A stretch of DNA of 64,000 nucleotides from Felis catus (GCF_018350175.1 NC_058376.1:115258001-115322000), one strand, 5' to 3'. Shown: positions 1 to 14,395, counted from the stretch's first letter. Program-made: numbers and translations. The notes: generated by a model not told the origin, from the sequence alone.

Positions 1-2439
1 TGAGAAGTAAGATTATGTACATGAAATAGTACCTGGCATGGTTGCTTCCCCAAACTGGTCTCCCAAAGTTTTCACCCATAAAACTAAATTGCAAGTTGGG
101 AGAATTTCAAGGATGATTCATTCCTGAATTTGAGACTTTTTTTTTTTTTTTAACTTTTTTGAGTGAGAAGATTTGTCATTTAGATTCTTTAAGTTTTACC
201 TACTTTTTCTGATCTGGATGATGACTTAAATTTGTGAGCCTACCAGATTAGAAGATAAAATACTGCATTGAAACAATAGTTAACTAGAGACAGAAATTAT
301 TTTCAGGGAAGTTAAAAAACTGAAATTAAGAATCTGTTCAACTTCAGGGAATGGAAAGGAAAAACATGATGGTGCTTAAAATACTATTTTCAAACCTTTC
401 ATTATTCTGGCCCTAGCAATTGAGGAAACTTTGTTTTCCCCTAAATGCTGTATAGTAAGTATCTCCTTTCAGGAGAGAAATCTGTGGGAGAGGGATTTGA
501 TGGAAGCTGTGACTAACTAGCTTTTTATTAGGGACCGAATACTGATTAAATTACAGGCATTATTTTAACTCAACTTGTCTTCCCAATACTATTGGGATTT
601 AGAATTAGAATTGCTGTATTTTGCAATGAGTGCTGAAGAGAACAAAGACCAGCTACTGACATACAACTGAAAAGGTTTTTCTCAGCAAAGGACTAGACTT
701 GGCAGTTTGGCCTTTATGCAGCGATTTCCAAGGACACACTGGAGTTACAAAAGAGGTACATGCTTTCTGAAATCAGAGGCACTCACCTGGGCAGAAGTCC
801 ACATCAGTTCAAACTGACTTTCATGTTTTTGTGTGAGAAAAGGAAAACCTCTCATTTAAAGTTATGTATTGGATATTCTTAAAATGTTCTAGTTCCTTGC
901 CAGGCTGATTTTATGGGATGTCATTGACACGAGGGGTACTGGGAAATAAATTCCTGTACTGTTATAAATAAATAACTATTTGTACTATTAACTAGCCTTA
1001 GGACCTGAAATTATACCAGAAGTTCTTTTTGGATCATATTTCAGTTTAGAGAGCCAGCCACACATCAGCAGTTAAGGGCTGAACCCCCATATCTTTCTGT
1101 CAACTCAGCACCACCCCATTTCCAGGAATCTCCTGAAATTACCGCCACTTTGGAAATCAAATCATCATTTCCACTTCTGAGTACATTAAAACTCTCCACA
1201 TGTGCAGGAGAATATACAGAAACATTCACTGTAGCGTTGTTAACCAGCCATTGAGTACTGCTTTTCTAGAATAAAGGAAGTTGCATTTTTTTTTTTTTTC
1301 TCATTCTGGTCATGATCACTTTAATTTATTACTCTTGGGGAAGTCTCTAATGGAGACCTATAGAGCAGCTGGCCCATTTGGGAGAAGCGTGACATCAGAG
1401 ATGCTTGTCTCTTCCTTGGCTTCATCTGCTAGAAATAGTAACTAAGTCCTTTGCCTATGCTGGTAGGAGAGGAGCTGTAGAAAATCAAATTAGCAGGAAA
1501 GAAACTATTAGTCTTCATTTTCTTGTTTCCAACCTGCAAATACAGATTGTTAAATACACTTGTTCCCTAATGCTCATTAGGAAATCTTGAAGAATAGCCG
1601 GACAGGAAAAAAGCATGGGGATTATGAGCAAACAATACCACTAAAATATAATGCAAAGTCAGGATCGTTGCTTCTCATTCAGACGATCTCACATGTTTAA
1701 GGTTGGTTGAATTTGAAATTTTCCATTAGATAATTTCATACCTAGTTATATGTAGACTAATGTCACATTTACAATCCCAAATGTATCTTTTTATTTAGAG
1801 TTTTCTTTTTGTTGGACTTGAAGTTAAAATAGCTGAAATGGGATTATCAATATATGAAATCATTTTCCATCTGGTAGTATCCCTAGGACTTGTTAAGTTC
1901 ACTGGTGTTAAGTTCACTGGAATATTTGTTTGTCTAAGAATGCAGAGCTTTTACTAAAAATAATCTAATGGCAATGTTGTGTAGCTCCAACTCTTTATTG
2001 CTTGAGGAGTTTTACTTTCAGAGACAATGGATTACAGGTTAGTGATAGGCAAAGCATTTTTGGAGTATACCAAAGGCCCCAAACATATCATTTGGGTGTC
2101 CAGGAGGAAGTGACATTAAATACAGGATTTTAATATTTAGAGTTTTATAGCCATAGAACCATCCACTGGGGATTGAATCATAGACCTGACTTCTTTTAAG
2201 ATTAAAATCTTCAATTTTGGAAACATTTTACTACATTTCAAAGTATGTTAAGTCTTTAAACCATTTAGGTTTAATCATTTGTTTCTTCTCTTGTAGCATC
2301 CATTCTTAATATCTCCAGTTTTTACCTATTAGTCCTACTAGCCTTTGATAACTTGATCTCCCTTTTGTTATCCATTCTTCTTTGGTGGTTTCTAAGAATA
2401 CTGGCGTATTTGCTGTGCCTTGAATTTGCTGGTGTCGTA

Positions 2440-2765
2440 CTGCCAAGGGCCTTTGCTTTGCTTTATGCTTTGCTTCTGCGTAGAAGAGTCCTTCCCCAGA
2501 TGTCCATAGAGTTCCTTCCTTCTTACTAAGGAGGCTTTCTCTAAATACCCTTTGAAAACTGCACTTTCCCCTCTCATTTCTAGCTCTAGTCTCCATTTTA
2601 TGCAACATATTGCATATTTTACTTGATTGTTTTTCTGTGTACATGCACTAGAATGTAAGTTCTGTGAGGCCAGGGGTTTTTGTCTGCTGTTCACACTTTG
2701 TCCTCAGGGCTGAGAACAGGAACTGGCACGTGGGTATCCAACAAAATTACTTATTAAATGAATCA
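2440..2765 (+). mobile_element. L2 LINE 3' fragment
   Basis: tagaatgtaagttctgtgaggccagg...tgttcac...ttaaatgaat typical of the L2 3' end. Confidence 0.65.
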
Positions 2766-2869
2766 CAGCAGATTATGTTGCAAACTGCAACCCTAAATAG
2801 GAATAACTTATATTTAATTAATTCTCATTCAGAAGGATTCTTATGGTCATGACATTTGATATTTTTATT

Positions 2870-3090
2870 TTATTTAAATTTTTTTTTAATGTTTGTTGTT
2901 TTTTTTTTTAGAGAGAGAGAGAGACAGAGACAGAGCACTAGCAGGGGAGGGGCAGAGAGAGGGAGACACAGAATCCAAGGCAGGCTCCAGGCTCTGAGCT
3001 GTCAGCACAGAGCCCAACACAGGGCTCAAACCCACAAACTGTAAGATCATGACCTGAGCCAAAATAGGATGCTTAACTGACTGAGCCCCT
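2870..3090 (-). mobile_element. Can-SINE (SINEC_Fc type)
   Basis: T-rich tail, (GA)n, gcaggctccaggctctgagctgtcagcacagagccc, actgactgagcc. Confidence 0.9.
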
Positions 3091-4029
3091 GATATTTTTA
3101 TTTTAGAGTCAGAGGAAAGAAACTTTACAATTAACCAATACTCATTCAATAATATGTAAGGTCACAATAGTTGTAAACTGAAATGTCATCAGGATTTGGG
3201 CAGTTAAATAAATGTGTGAAGCACCCTATCGGGGAATGATGGGGTCTGTGATAAACAAGAGAGTTTATATACTGTCCTATTTAAAGGCATTTGGATTTGA
3301 AAGAGAAATTTAAAACACAGCACTGCCTGAAGGAAACGTATCTACCTGTGGTTTCAAAGGCCCACTTCAGCTGTCAGTATGTGGCTGACAGGACCATGAA
3401 GACATTTTCTAAGTCACACTGTTTTTGAACTGCGTTTTAACTATATATTCAGGTTTGGGTATGTGCCTGACTCCACATCAGGACAGAAATACTCAACTGA
3501 TCAAATCTAATTACATTTGCTTCCCAACTAAATTGTGTATCACCTTCCCCTCTTGTGAGAGATATGGCCCCTCTTGGGTCCTCAGCATCTGATTATTGCA
3601 AACCTAATTGATTTGCGACATTTCATTAATAAAGTTAACTAAAACTAATTATACATATTGAATAAAAGTTTCCTGTGAAATGAATTATTCTATTTAGCTT
3701 AAGGGTTCTTAATTGGCAGAATGAATTGCTGAGGAGGACTGCAGAATTAGTTTCTCTTGGGATCTTTATATCTATCTATCTATCTATATCTAAAAATATA
3801 TAGATATGTATATGTATATTTATATAAACTTAACCAATATGGGTTGATGGATAGTGACACCATAGAAAATAAAAACAGAAAAAAAATTGATAAAATGTGA
3901 AAATTAAAGATGTCAGACATATTCCTAAGAAGATAAAAATCATCAAATAGGTTACATAGATCTCTTCCTTTTAAGATGTTAAATTAGGTCTGTTAAACTT
4001 GTCATATATCTTAAAGAAGCTAAAATAAA

Positions 4030-4243
4030 ATTTTTAAAAAGATTTATTTATTTTTGAGAGCGTGAGAGATAGAGAGTGTGTGAGTGGGGGAGGAGCAGAG
4101 AGAGGGAGACCCAGAATCTGAAGCAGGCTCCAGGCTCTGAGCTGTCAGTACAGAGCCCAATGTGGGGTTCAAACTCGGGAAGAGCGAGATCATGACCTGA
4201 ACCGAAGTAGGACGCTTAACTGACTGAGCCACCCAGGCACCCC
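4030..4243 (-). mobile_element. Can-SINE (SINEC_Fc type)
   Basis: Ends ctgagccacccaggcacccc; consensus body. Confidence 0.92.
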
Positions 4244-5159
4244 AAAATAAAAAATTTTAAGTTATTGACATTTATTGTTTTATTCATAATTATGAATCTT
4301 CCTTCACTTATTTGGTACATATTCTATTTCTTACTCTTTAATTCAGATGGCATGTTCTGTCTAACTCACCCATCTAATTAAGTCTACATTCTAGCAGAAA
4401 TCCAGGGGTTGCTTACTACTACTTCAGTTATCCCAAATCAAGCTGATGTGCTGTGGGCAGTACTTCTCACAAATAGGGCCGTTTCCAAAGCTCCTTAATT
4501 GTTCAGCTGTATACAGATAAACATGTTCTATGTAAAATGAAGACTAGCATTCATTGGTTTAGAGATGAATAAAGTACGTCTGGTCCATTAGTGTTATATG
4601 TATCACATAAGAAGCTGTTGTCATTACTGACTTGAATTTGCATTGCTTTCACATTGCCAAAACGGGTTGGACTTCTGGCTTTACATCGCTGAGACAATTG
4701 TTTTATCCTCCTGCTCTGGACACTGACCATATTAGAGGGACCAGAAGCAGTGAAATGCCTATCTTGTTCTTCCTCTTTGACTTGGGAGCATTGCTGAGGA
4801 GCCAAGGTTCAGGGTCTATGTCAAGAGACAGCCTTTACCCACTGCCTGGTTTTATCTACAGCAGCTCTGTTTGCTTTCTGTAGTGACCCATACTGTGTAT
4901 AGAAGTATTTTGGCCTTGCCTGGATGAGAGGAGGAGGAAGGCTGCTCCTGATTGGATTTTGGGCTTGAAATATGACATTGTTCCTGTCGTCCCAGGGCCC
5001 CCAGCATATGTTTGAATTCTGGAAAGGTGCCAAAGACATAGTCCCAGATAACTGGTTACATTCTACCAGGTCTGTGCTGTATTATTACATTTCTAAGATA
5101 TCCCACACCTTTCTGAAATTAAAAAAAAAAATCCTATATGTGTAAATCTTGTTAAAAGC

Positions 5160-5184
5160 CTTTTTTAAAAAAATGTTTATTTAT

Positions 5185-5225
<41 letters not shown>

Positions 5226-5390
5226 GAACGAGGGAGGGAGGAGCACAGAGGGAGGGAGAGAGAGAATCCCAAACAGGCTCCATGCTCACAGCACAGAGCC
5301 TGACATGGGGCTAAATCTCACAAACTCATGAGATCATGACCTGAGCCGAAATCAAGAGTTGGACACTGACTGAACCATCCAGGTGCCTCT
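5160..5390 (-). mobile_element. Can-SINE, more diverged
   Basis: (GA)n, gagatcatgacctgagccgaaatcaagagt, ccaggtgcc. Confidence 0.85.
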
Positions 5391-5542
5391 AAATCTTAAA
5401 AGTCTTAAAAGGAATGACTAGTTGAAGGGGAAGGATGACAATTTTTTGGTACTAATCAAAAGTTCTCCCTGCCAGCAAAACAGCCTCTACATTTAGATGC
5501 TAATTCTCTGAGTTCTTTTAATTATTATTATCTACAAAAAAA

Positions 5543-5755
5543 ACTTTTTTAATGTTTATTTATTTTTCAAGGAGAGAGAGAGAGACAGAGCGTGAGTGGG
5601 GGAGGGGCAGAGAGAGAGGGAGACACAGAATCAGAAGCAGGCTCCAGGCTCTGGGCTGTCAGACAAAGCCCAATGTGGGGCTCGAACTCACGGGCTGTGA
5701 GATCATGACCTGAGCTGAAGATGGACGCTTAACTGACTGAGCCACCCAGGCATCC
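5543..5755 (-). mobile_element. Can-SINE with target-site duplication
   Basis: Consensus body flanked by ctgag(t/c)tcttttaattatta on both sides. Confidence 0.92.
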
Positions 5756-6989
5756 CTGAGCTCTTTTAATTATTAAAAATAGTAACAGTAATCCAAATGT
5801 GAGTCTCCTACCTAGTCAGTTAGGTGCTAAGCGTATCTAGTTCTGTTTTTTTTCAAGCCTAGGAACAGTGTTTCTATACATATATGGTGAATAATAGGTT
5901 ATTTGGAGTAAACCTGTTACTCTATAAAGAAACCTTTTTTTGTTTGTTTATTGAAAGAACCACCCCTCAAATGGCTACCCTTTACTTTGCCTTTTTTCAT
6001 TGCTAAGACTCTAGGATTCATACTTGATAATTCCAAACTGGGTGCAAATTTCTATTATATATGCTTTTATTGAAAAATAATATTAAATGTGTAAAGGGAA
6101 TATAGTGTGGATATTTAAATGCTTTTCTCACAGTTAGTTATATAGCTGTTTCAAATCCTTGATGCTTCAATGACTCAAAGACAAAGTTGTTTTTAATTTT
6201 TTGCCTTGTGTAACACACAATCCAGGAACCAAATGTAATTGAACTACTAGGTATAAGTTTCTAGAAAGTAATTGAGACTGACATTTTAATAATGGGATCA
6301 TATTAGTGGAAAAATGGTGACTAAGAACTTTAAGAATATACTATAATGGGATGGTTACATTAATTAAAAACTGAAAACAAATTACTCTTCTCTGTGGTAC
6401 ATATAATTTGGAAATAAAAATAGGGACTTCTAATATCTTGTACATTTCTATAAAAAGAGAAGAAAAGAAATAAGTGGTCTAATACTTATTTTTCTTGTCT
6501 CTCCAATTTCTTAAAATATGTGAAGTCAGCTGTAGTTAGGTCAGTACAATTGAGACATATCTATATTGCTGCAGGAAAAACAAACCTCACAGAATATACA
6601 GAATAAAAAAAATATGGGTCATTAAGATGACCCTACATCTTTTCTAGTTTTGTTTTACTTGGAGTTGTCAATGATGCGGGTAAAGAACCCAACAGCTGTA
6701 TATTATTAGTTCAGTATAATTACATGTACCTCTTCTCACGATTTTTAAGAAAACCAAGAACTTCTAACTTTAGAAGAGTACATAAGATACTTAATCCCAT
6801 GTATCTTAATACGCAAATAAATAAGAAAAAGAGAAAGTTACTGCGAGAACTATATACCAGATACCCTGCAACTGAGAAAATTAGAATTTAAAAAATACTT
6901 TAAAATTTCCAAATTAGTTTAAAAGAGCATAACAATTGCTTACCAAGTAGCAGTGGAAGAGTCCACTCTGTTGTTAGTACTATCAATAG

Positions 6990-7203
6990 AATACTATCCA
7001 ATAGAACTTTCTATGATGATAAAAATGTTGTAAATCTGTGCTGTCCACTAGAGTAGCCACTGGCTATGTATCTACTGGAATTCTTGAAATATGCCTAGAA
7101 CAACTGAGGAACTGAATTTTTAGTTTCATTGTATTATAGTTAATTTACACTTACACTTGAGTAGCCACACATGACACAGGAATACCACACTGGATAGTGC
7201 AGG
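6990..7203. mobile_element. MER3-like hAT-Charlie DNA transposon
   Basis: ctatccaatagaactttctatgatgat...ctgtgctgtcc...tagccac...tggatagtgcag. Confidence 0.75.
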
Positions 7204-8087
7204 CCTACAGATTTTAAGCTACGGAATATGGTCTTTATTGATTCTTTTAAATGTCCTGGTTTTCCCCATTTGTCCTAAGTAGATTTCAACTTAAATTCTT
7301 TTGGTCCTATAAAACAAGCCCTGAAATGCTGTTTACACATTACTGGTTTAAATCAATAAGAGATCAGAGTTCTCTGCTCATAAGTTGGTAAAAGAGACAT
7401 TGCAATGTTCAGAAGGTCCTTCTGAACACACCTTTTGTATTTCAGTATAGTGCCCATGGATGGCATGGGGCCTTGGAGATTGTTTTATAGGAAACCCAAA
7501 GCAAAGTTTTGGCAGTTAGTGGCCAAATTGGTATAGCATCAGTTCTTTAGCAAACAAAAAATAACTTAGAATTAAGCATGTTTTGCTTATTCATCTGAAA
7601 CTAAAAGTTTGAAAAAGTTAATTTTATGGAGGGTTTTTCCCCCCACTGTTTTGTTGTTTGTAAGCAAAAAAATCATATTTATTTTGCTATAAATGTGTGA
7701 ATGTTAGAAAGCGGGGGCTTCCAAAACACAGGAGAAGGGAGGCTGTTATATAGAAATTTCTATCAGGAACTCCCCTGGATTACTGTCTTGCTTCTTCTGT
7801 TACAAGGTTGATGGCACACTATGGACAAAGAGTTTCTTCTGTTCAGTACTCTTAGGATGTAAAATAAAGCTTCCTATCTTAGTGACTTTCTAATTAGGAC
7901 ATACATTTCAGTGTACTTTTCCCAGAGCTGGATTTTTACTGAAAACATGTACAGCCCAGCTTTCTAAGCTTATCTATACCTCAAAAACAAAAACAGAACA
8001 AAACAAAACAAAACGAAAAATCCCCAAAACCTAAAGATTTCCAGTGTCAGAACTCTGTAGAATGTACCCATTTTCGTCGCCAAGATT

Positions 8088-8757
8088 TTTTTTTCAATAT
8101 ATGAAATTTATTGTCAAAATGGTTTCCATACAACACCCAGTGCTCATCCCAAAAGGTACCCTCCCCTCCCTCCCACCCCCCATCAACCCTCAGTTTGTTC
8201 TCAGTTTTTAAGAGTCTCTTATGCTTTGGCTCTCTCCCACTCTAACCTCTTTTTTTTTTTTTCCTTCCCCTCCCCCATGGGTTTCTGTTAAGTTTCTCAG
8301 GATCCACATAAGAGTGAAAACATATGGTATATGTCTTTCTCTGTATGGCTTATTTCACTTAGCATCACACTCTCCAGTTCCATCCACGTTGCTACAAAGG
8401 GCCATAGTTCGTTCTTTCTCATTGCCCTGTAGTACTCCATTGTGTATATAAACCACAATTTCTTTATCCATTCATCAGTTGATGGACATTTAGGCTCTTT
8501 CCATAATTTGGCTATTGTTGAGAGTGCTGCTATAAACATTGGGGTACAAGTGCCCCTATGCATCAGTATTCCTGTATCCCTTGGGTCAATTCCTAGCAGT
8601 GCTATTGCTGGGTCATAGGGTAGGTCTATTTTTAATTTTCTGAGGAACCTCCACACTGTTTTCCAGAGTGGCTGCACCAATTTGCATTCCCACCAACAGT
8701 GCAAGAGGGTTCCTGTCTCTCCAGCATCTATAGTCTCCTGATTTGTTCATTTTGGTT
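8088..8757 (-). mobile_element. 5'-truncated young L1 (L1_Fc type): ORF2 C-terminus and 3'UTR
   Basis: ORF 8297..8704 is the L1 ORF2 C-terminus ([20 protein letters not shown]...); TSD gtcgccaagatt at 8076-8087 and 8758-8769. Confidence 0.95.
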
Positions 8758-9791
8758 GTCGCCAAGATTAAAGCAGTCCTCAATAGTTTCCTAACTCTAC
8801 CATGGAGTGCCTTCTGGCAACTGTTTCCTCCTTGCCAATGAAACAAAGAAGAATAAAATCAACATTTGTCTACCCACCCACCACTTATCCTATCTATCTT
8901 CTGCTTTGATAAAATATAATCCCAAGATATTCAGAAGGAGATAAGCTACTCTTTTCATTCTCCCTGGAGGGACTAGGGGATGTCCTCCCTGTTAATTTAG
9001 GAAGTTGAGGGTTTGTTCCTTGAGCTGAGTTTTTGTCAGGAGAAAAAAGTCTTTTGATCTGGAAAATCCAGGAGTCTTTTTATGAAAAATATCAGGCAGG
9101 GCCATGTGACAGGAAATGGATGGAGAGAGCAGTCCCTGATTACTTATGCTGCCCTCTCAGGTTCTGACTGTAATGCCCAGCGGCATGATTCATACCTACC
9201 AGAGGGCTAGGCTATGTGGGGATTAAAGGGTACCTTGTCTCCAACTCCACATTGCCCTTTTCCCTATATCTTACTGGAGTAAGGGGAACTTTCATGAAAA
9301 TAAGACTGAGAGACGTCTGGATTTTCTGAAGGTGAGCAGGTCAAGTTTTAAGGTTTATGTTCTTTGGACATACAGTCTTTGGACATGGCTTTTGGAAGTG
9401 AGTGCTTCACAGAGCCCCATTGGGTGGCTGAGGAGAGAACACAATCTCCCGTTTCTCTTAAAGCCCTACATAGTGTGAAGAGTACCGTTCAGAGCAATCC
9501 ATCCGTGGCCACAAGGAGATCCTTGCCGAGGGGTTGCAGATCTCTCATATGGTTTATATTAATACATGAATATCTTGGTAATATTCTAACATGGTTTACC
9601 TTTAAAATCATATAAATATATGCTCTTAGGCTGCATATAAGGAATGAGATAAGAGTGGAATTTCATTTTTTTCTGCATCCTCTGTTTCTGTCACTAGACA
9701 ATGATATATGTGACTTGTTGTGCTGCCTCCACTATTGACACATTAGAGAAAACAACTGCCCAGTACCGTGCTATAAGTGTAAGACATTTAC

Positions 9792-9876
9792 CTGGATGCA
9801 GAACTTCTAGGATGGCTTCAGTGTCTTATTCAGATGAAAACTCGGCCATTTTAGACCAATTTATCATGTATTAAAT
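9792..9876 (-). other. Candidate internal non-coding (5'UTR) exon, 85 nt
   Basis: Acceptor tctttttgtctttccag| and donor CAG|GTAAAT on the minus strand; stops in all three frames. Confidence 0.4.
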
Positions 9877-10329
9877 CTGGAAAGACAAAAAGATTAGTGT
9901 GATTCACTGAATATGGCCAGATTTTCATTTTTTAATTGACAGAGTAAGTATTAACACTACATCTTAAAAATGTTTTTGAAGGGAATGAAACCATCTGGTC
10001 CACATCAAGAATATATTTTTCCTTATGTAGAGTTAGGCCGTACTAAGTGGCAGTCTGTCGTGGGGTTACGTCCTCTTCCTGGTTGTAGTCGACATCTTCC
10101 CTTATTCCCTTGTAGATACTCACCGGAGAAGGAGAAAAAGTGTTGTTGGGTAAAATAGTGCAATCTTATTCTAAGACACTTCTGTAGACATAGCTCCTAG
10201 TATAAGAAGTATCATAATAGATTAGATTTTTAGTTGTGAAGCTACAGGTAAACTTTGATAAATGATCCTTTTTAATATAAACCTATATGAGTGTTATTTT
10301 ACCATAATTTAAAAAATCTTCTTAAAAAG

Positions 10330-11500
10330 AGATCTTTTTTCTGTATTTCTGTTTTTATTTTTTCATTGTAGTAATACATGTGGTTTAAATGTCAAGTTAC
10401 AAAGGAGTGTAAAATAAAAGTACATGTCTCCTAGCTCTCTGGAATGGTCTCTCTAGATCCACTTCCTAGAGATACTTACTACTAATAGTTTCACGTGTAT
10501 CCTTTTAAGACTTTTAAAAATGTATACACATGCATACAGATGTGTATATCCATGGTTTTTCATTTTACACCTCCTACTATTCTGTTGTGTGTTTTTTTTT
10601 TTTAACTTAACATGGCTAGATCTATAATATATGCATAAATCTACCTCGTTTATTTTGATGACTATACAGTATTCATTGCACTGATTCATGATAATTTATT
10701 TAACCAGCCCCCTGTTAATGGATCTTAAGGTTTTCTTTTTTTAGTTTCTCATTTTGGCTGCTTAAAAACATGCGTCAATGGTTCTATTTATATGTGTGCA
10801 TTTTTTAAGTGGTATATCAGTAGAAAAGTTTCAAATGTGATTGTTAAAGCAAACTGCATACTCCCAAGTTTTTGAAAGATACTTAAAAATGTCCTCTACA
10901 AAGGCCATACCAATTTTTGATACTCCAAATCTGGCTTTTATCAAATCTTAAATTTTTTTTGTCAGTCTTATAAATGAAAAGTACATATTTGTCCTGATTT
11001 GCATTTCTGTAGTTATAAACGAGGTTGAGCTTTTTCTGTTGTTGTTGTTTCCTTATTGTATGTAGTTACTCTTCTACTAGTTTGCCCATTAATGGCCTTT
11101 GCTTATTTATTTTTTTTAAAGTTTATTTATTTTGAGAGATGGGAGAGCGGGGAGGAACAAAGAGAAAGAGAGAGAAATCCAAGTGGCTGTGTGTGCAGTC
11201 AGCATTCCTGAGTGGAAATCAAGGCTTAACTGACTGAGCCACCCACACACCTGGGGTTTTGCTTATTTTTTAGTTGGGTTGTTCATTGCTTCTCATGTTA
11301 AAGAGCTCACGTGCTATTCAGGAAACTGGCATTTTATATGTGATGTGTGGCAAGTAGCTTTCTCAAGTTCCTGTTTCTCTTTTGACTTTGTTTATGGGTC
11401 TTTTTTACCATATGATATTTTAATTTTCTTATGTAGCCAAATTAAGCAATATTTGTCATTATGGATTTGGGGGACACTTTTCAGTAAGAATATTATTCAA
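10330..11500 (-). mobile_element. Old L1M 3' fragment with a partial Can-SINE (about 11110-11255)
   Basis: Degenerate L1 motifs tttgcatttc...gaggttgagc, tagtttcacgtgtatcc; SINE remnant ttaactgactgagccacc. Confidence 0.6.
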
Positions 11501-13744
11501 GCTGAAAAGTTATTCAAGAAGACTATAGGTGTGGTGTCGGTTACCTTTTAAACCACAATGTATACCAACTTTACTATAATGTTGTTATATGGAAGGATTT
11601 TGGCCTTAGAGAATCTCTTTTTATCCCTATATTTCAGTGGTTTTGTTGTTATAGCAAAAGAAATTTCCCATAAGATTATTTCTGTCTTAAAAATACTACC
11701 ATGATATTAATTTTCTAAACTCTTGTAGGGCACTAGTGTCCCTCAGGAAAAAAAAAAATTAGAGAAAGTATCAGATTTACTAATTATCATTCTCTACACA
11801 GTTAATGGCAGTTGTCTAAAGATCTGAAATCTAGAGTGGGTTAGATTGAAAGTAATAGTAATTCCGAGACAAACAGAAAGTAAGAAGTATAAAAGTAATA
11901 GAGTTTCATTATAGGAACTTTTGAAAGCACATAAAAAAAAAAAAGGAAAGAAAAAAGTCACTTTTGATCTTAGCCTTGATCTTAATAACCCTCAAAAGCT
12001 TCTAAGATTTGTTATATATTTTTCCTAGTCTTATCTGGTTCACAGTGATGCAGACAGTTAAAAAAATATATCGGTTATTTTAATCACAAATCAGTGCTAA
12101 TAGAACTGTTTCCATTAGAATACCAATGGCCCAAGTAAGGCCTTAATGGCAACTTGACAGTAATCTAAACACCCACACGCACACACTGGACCACACTCAT
12201 GATTTATGTTTATATGTTGCTCTATAATGATTATCTTTCCTTGCCGTTAAATATTATTAAATATGTAAAAATGGCTATATAATGTCACATCATATGGCTT
12301 AACCTAACAGAAATGTAAAAGAATAGATTTGTGTTCCTCTCAAAAATGTATTCTGTTAACTCAGTAGACCAAATGCCACAACGCATTCAAGAAATCATTA
12401 CGTAGGAATCACATCAGATTCTTTTCCATTCCTGATAAAGTGGCAGCAATTAACTGTGTGAAGGTTAAGGGCTGGGATCCATCATGGTACAACATGTTTT
12501 ATGTGAAGTGACATCATTTGAATGGAAAGATTACTAAAGCTGGGTTAATGGAACATTCTTGTTCTAGCAGCATACTACACAGATTTAGAAGCATGTAAAA
12601 TACATTTGAATTGGATATCGAGAAGAGTTTGGGTCAAAAAGTGAAGGGAATAATAAAAGTATAAATGTATAAAGTTTACTAGAAGAAATGCTGTGAGGTC
12701 ATTCATTCATTCATTCATTCATTCAATTTGTTTAGGAAAAAACCTGGTGCAGATTCTATGCAGCCCCAGTCACAAATATTTGGGCTCACTGAGACCAGCA
12801 GGACTGTAAAAGGTCATAAGAGAGTCACTGCTGTATCATTTATCACTTATTAGCTTTAAGAAACTCTGCTGCTACATGCAGGATGTCTCCTGGGCACTAC
12901 CGCCCCTCTAAGCCCCAGGTGCTTGGCATTATGGCAGCCCTGGGTTGGTTGTGTCCTAAGCCTTAAGTTACAAATTAGACACTGTACTGTTAGGGCTGCT
13001 TAAAGTTCTCGATCTAAGCAGCTGGTGAAGTTCCATCTCCCAAGGATGTCCCTTTATCACTGAGAAAATTATAGCTGCTCAGTCCTGTTGACACACCTCT
13101 CCTCTCAAACGTGATCACAGGGAACCCAGACTCACTTCAGTCTTTTGACCAACATCAATGAGCCCCTGTCAGAACAACAGGCTTTTGGCCAAATCCAACT
13201 GACAGCTCTCAGAAAATCTACATGCACTGGGAGAAATCGTTCAGAGACTGAATCATCTGGGGAGTCACTGCCTTAACATAAGTCACCATTTGCTTGCAAA
13301 CTGACTAGTAAGTAACTATATTCAACTAGTTTTGTGAACCATGCTTGTAGATAAGTGTTTATATTAAAAGCTGAAAGAGTGATATATAATTTGAGTTGGA
13401 AGGCTGAATAGTTTGTATACGTAGGGAATGCCTTGTTCAAGAGAAAACATTTTTTATAGCATCAGAATACTCAAAGATAAAATGAGTAAATTATAGGTAA
13501 GTTATGAGAAAAACAGAGATATCAAATCTTAAGTTTTAAATAATGAGCTTTCATAAATTTAGTATTTATTTCCCAACTAAAGAAAGAATTTTTAGAATTC
13601 TCCATTATTTCACTTAAAGGTAATATGACAGGCAAATGTTGCAACTAAAATAGAATAGATCTTATTTTTTCTATGAGGGAAACAGAACTTGATTTCAAAT
13701 GATAATGTGAAACAAATTCTCAAATAATTAGCTGGCCTTAAAAA

Positions 13745-14010
13745 GCAGGCAGTGTAGCGTAGAGCAGACAGTGCGGCGTGGCAGGTAAGAGGACAGGAAT
13801 CAAAATTCCTGTGTTTCAATCTTTACCAGTTACCACATTTGGGTGAGTTTCTTATCTTGTTATTACTCAGTATCCCAGCCTATAAAATGAAGATAAAGCA
13901 ATGATTATTTCATAGGGATGTTGTGAGGCTTATATAAAAACAATATTAAAGGCTGAACATTGTGTCTGGCGTATTATTATATGTGCTCAATAAATGTTAG
14001 CTTTATGTAA
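13745..14010 (+). mobile_element. MIR SINE
   Basis: tataaaatgaagataa...catagggatgttgtgagg...gtgctcaataaatgttagc. Confidence 0.75.
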
Positions 14011-14089
14011 AAATGTTAATTTATTAAAAAGCCAATATAATCTTTAGGCAATTATTCCTAACAAGTCCTGGGTGCTGTATGCATACTTG

Positions 14090-14395
14090 GACTTCTCTAA
14101 CTTCATTTTGCATTTGAATCACCTGGGGTTTTTGTTAAAAATGCAGATTTCAATGGGTCTGGGTGGAGTCAGAAAGTCTGCATTTCTGACAAGCTCCCAC
14201 ATGTTGCCCACGAGGCTGGTCTTTGCCTTAATACCTGAGACAATTGTGGATGGTTGCTCCTAATTTATAATACAGTGGTTCTCAGTAGCGAAAATGGGAA
14301 TAAGGGAAGTGTAGACAATATGTACAGATTTAAAATCCCAAGTGATTGTAATATGCTTGCCTTGCCTTTTCCCTAGTGCCTGAAGAACCACTGAT
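14090..14395. mobile_element. MER5-like hAT elements
   Basis: gaatcacctgggg...aaaatgcagatt...tctgcatttctgacaagctccc; cagtggttctc...agaaccactg. Confidence 0.6.

Noticed and set aside
581-597. Perfect short palindrome tcccaata-c-tattggga
   Set aside because: An 8-bp stem is expected by chance in 64 kb of AT-rich DNA; no RNA-gene context.
4551-5039. Overlapping ORFs of 72-84 aa in unique sequence
   Set aside because: No recognisable homology or convincing splice framing; lengths are within random expectation.
9985-10250. Reading the plus strand backwards without complementing gives an 88-codon ORF, hinting at a reversed assembly artefact
   Set aside because: Reversal does not lower the CpG count (5 vs 5), the peptide is unrecognisable, and such an ORF can arise by chance.
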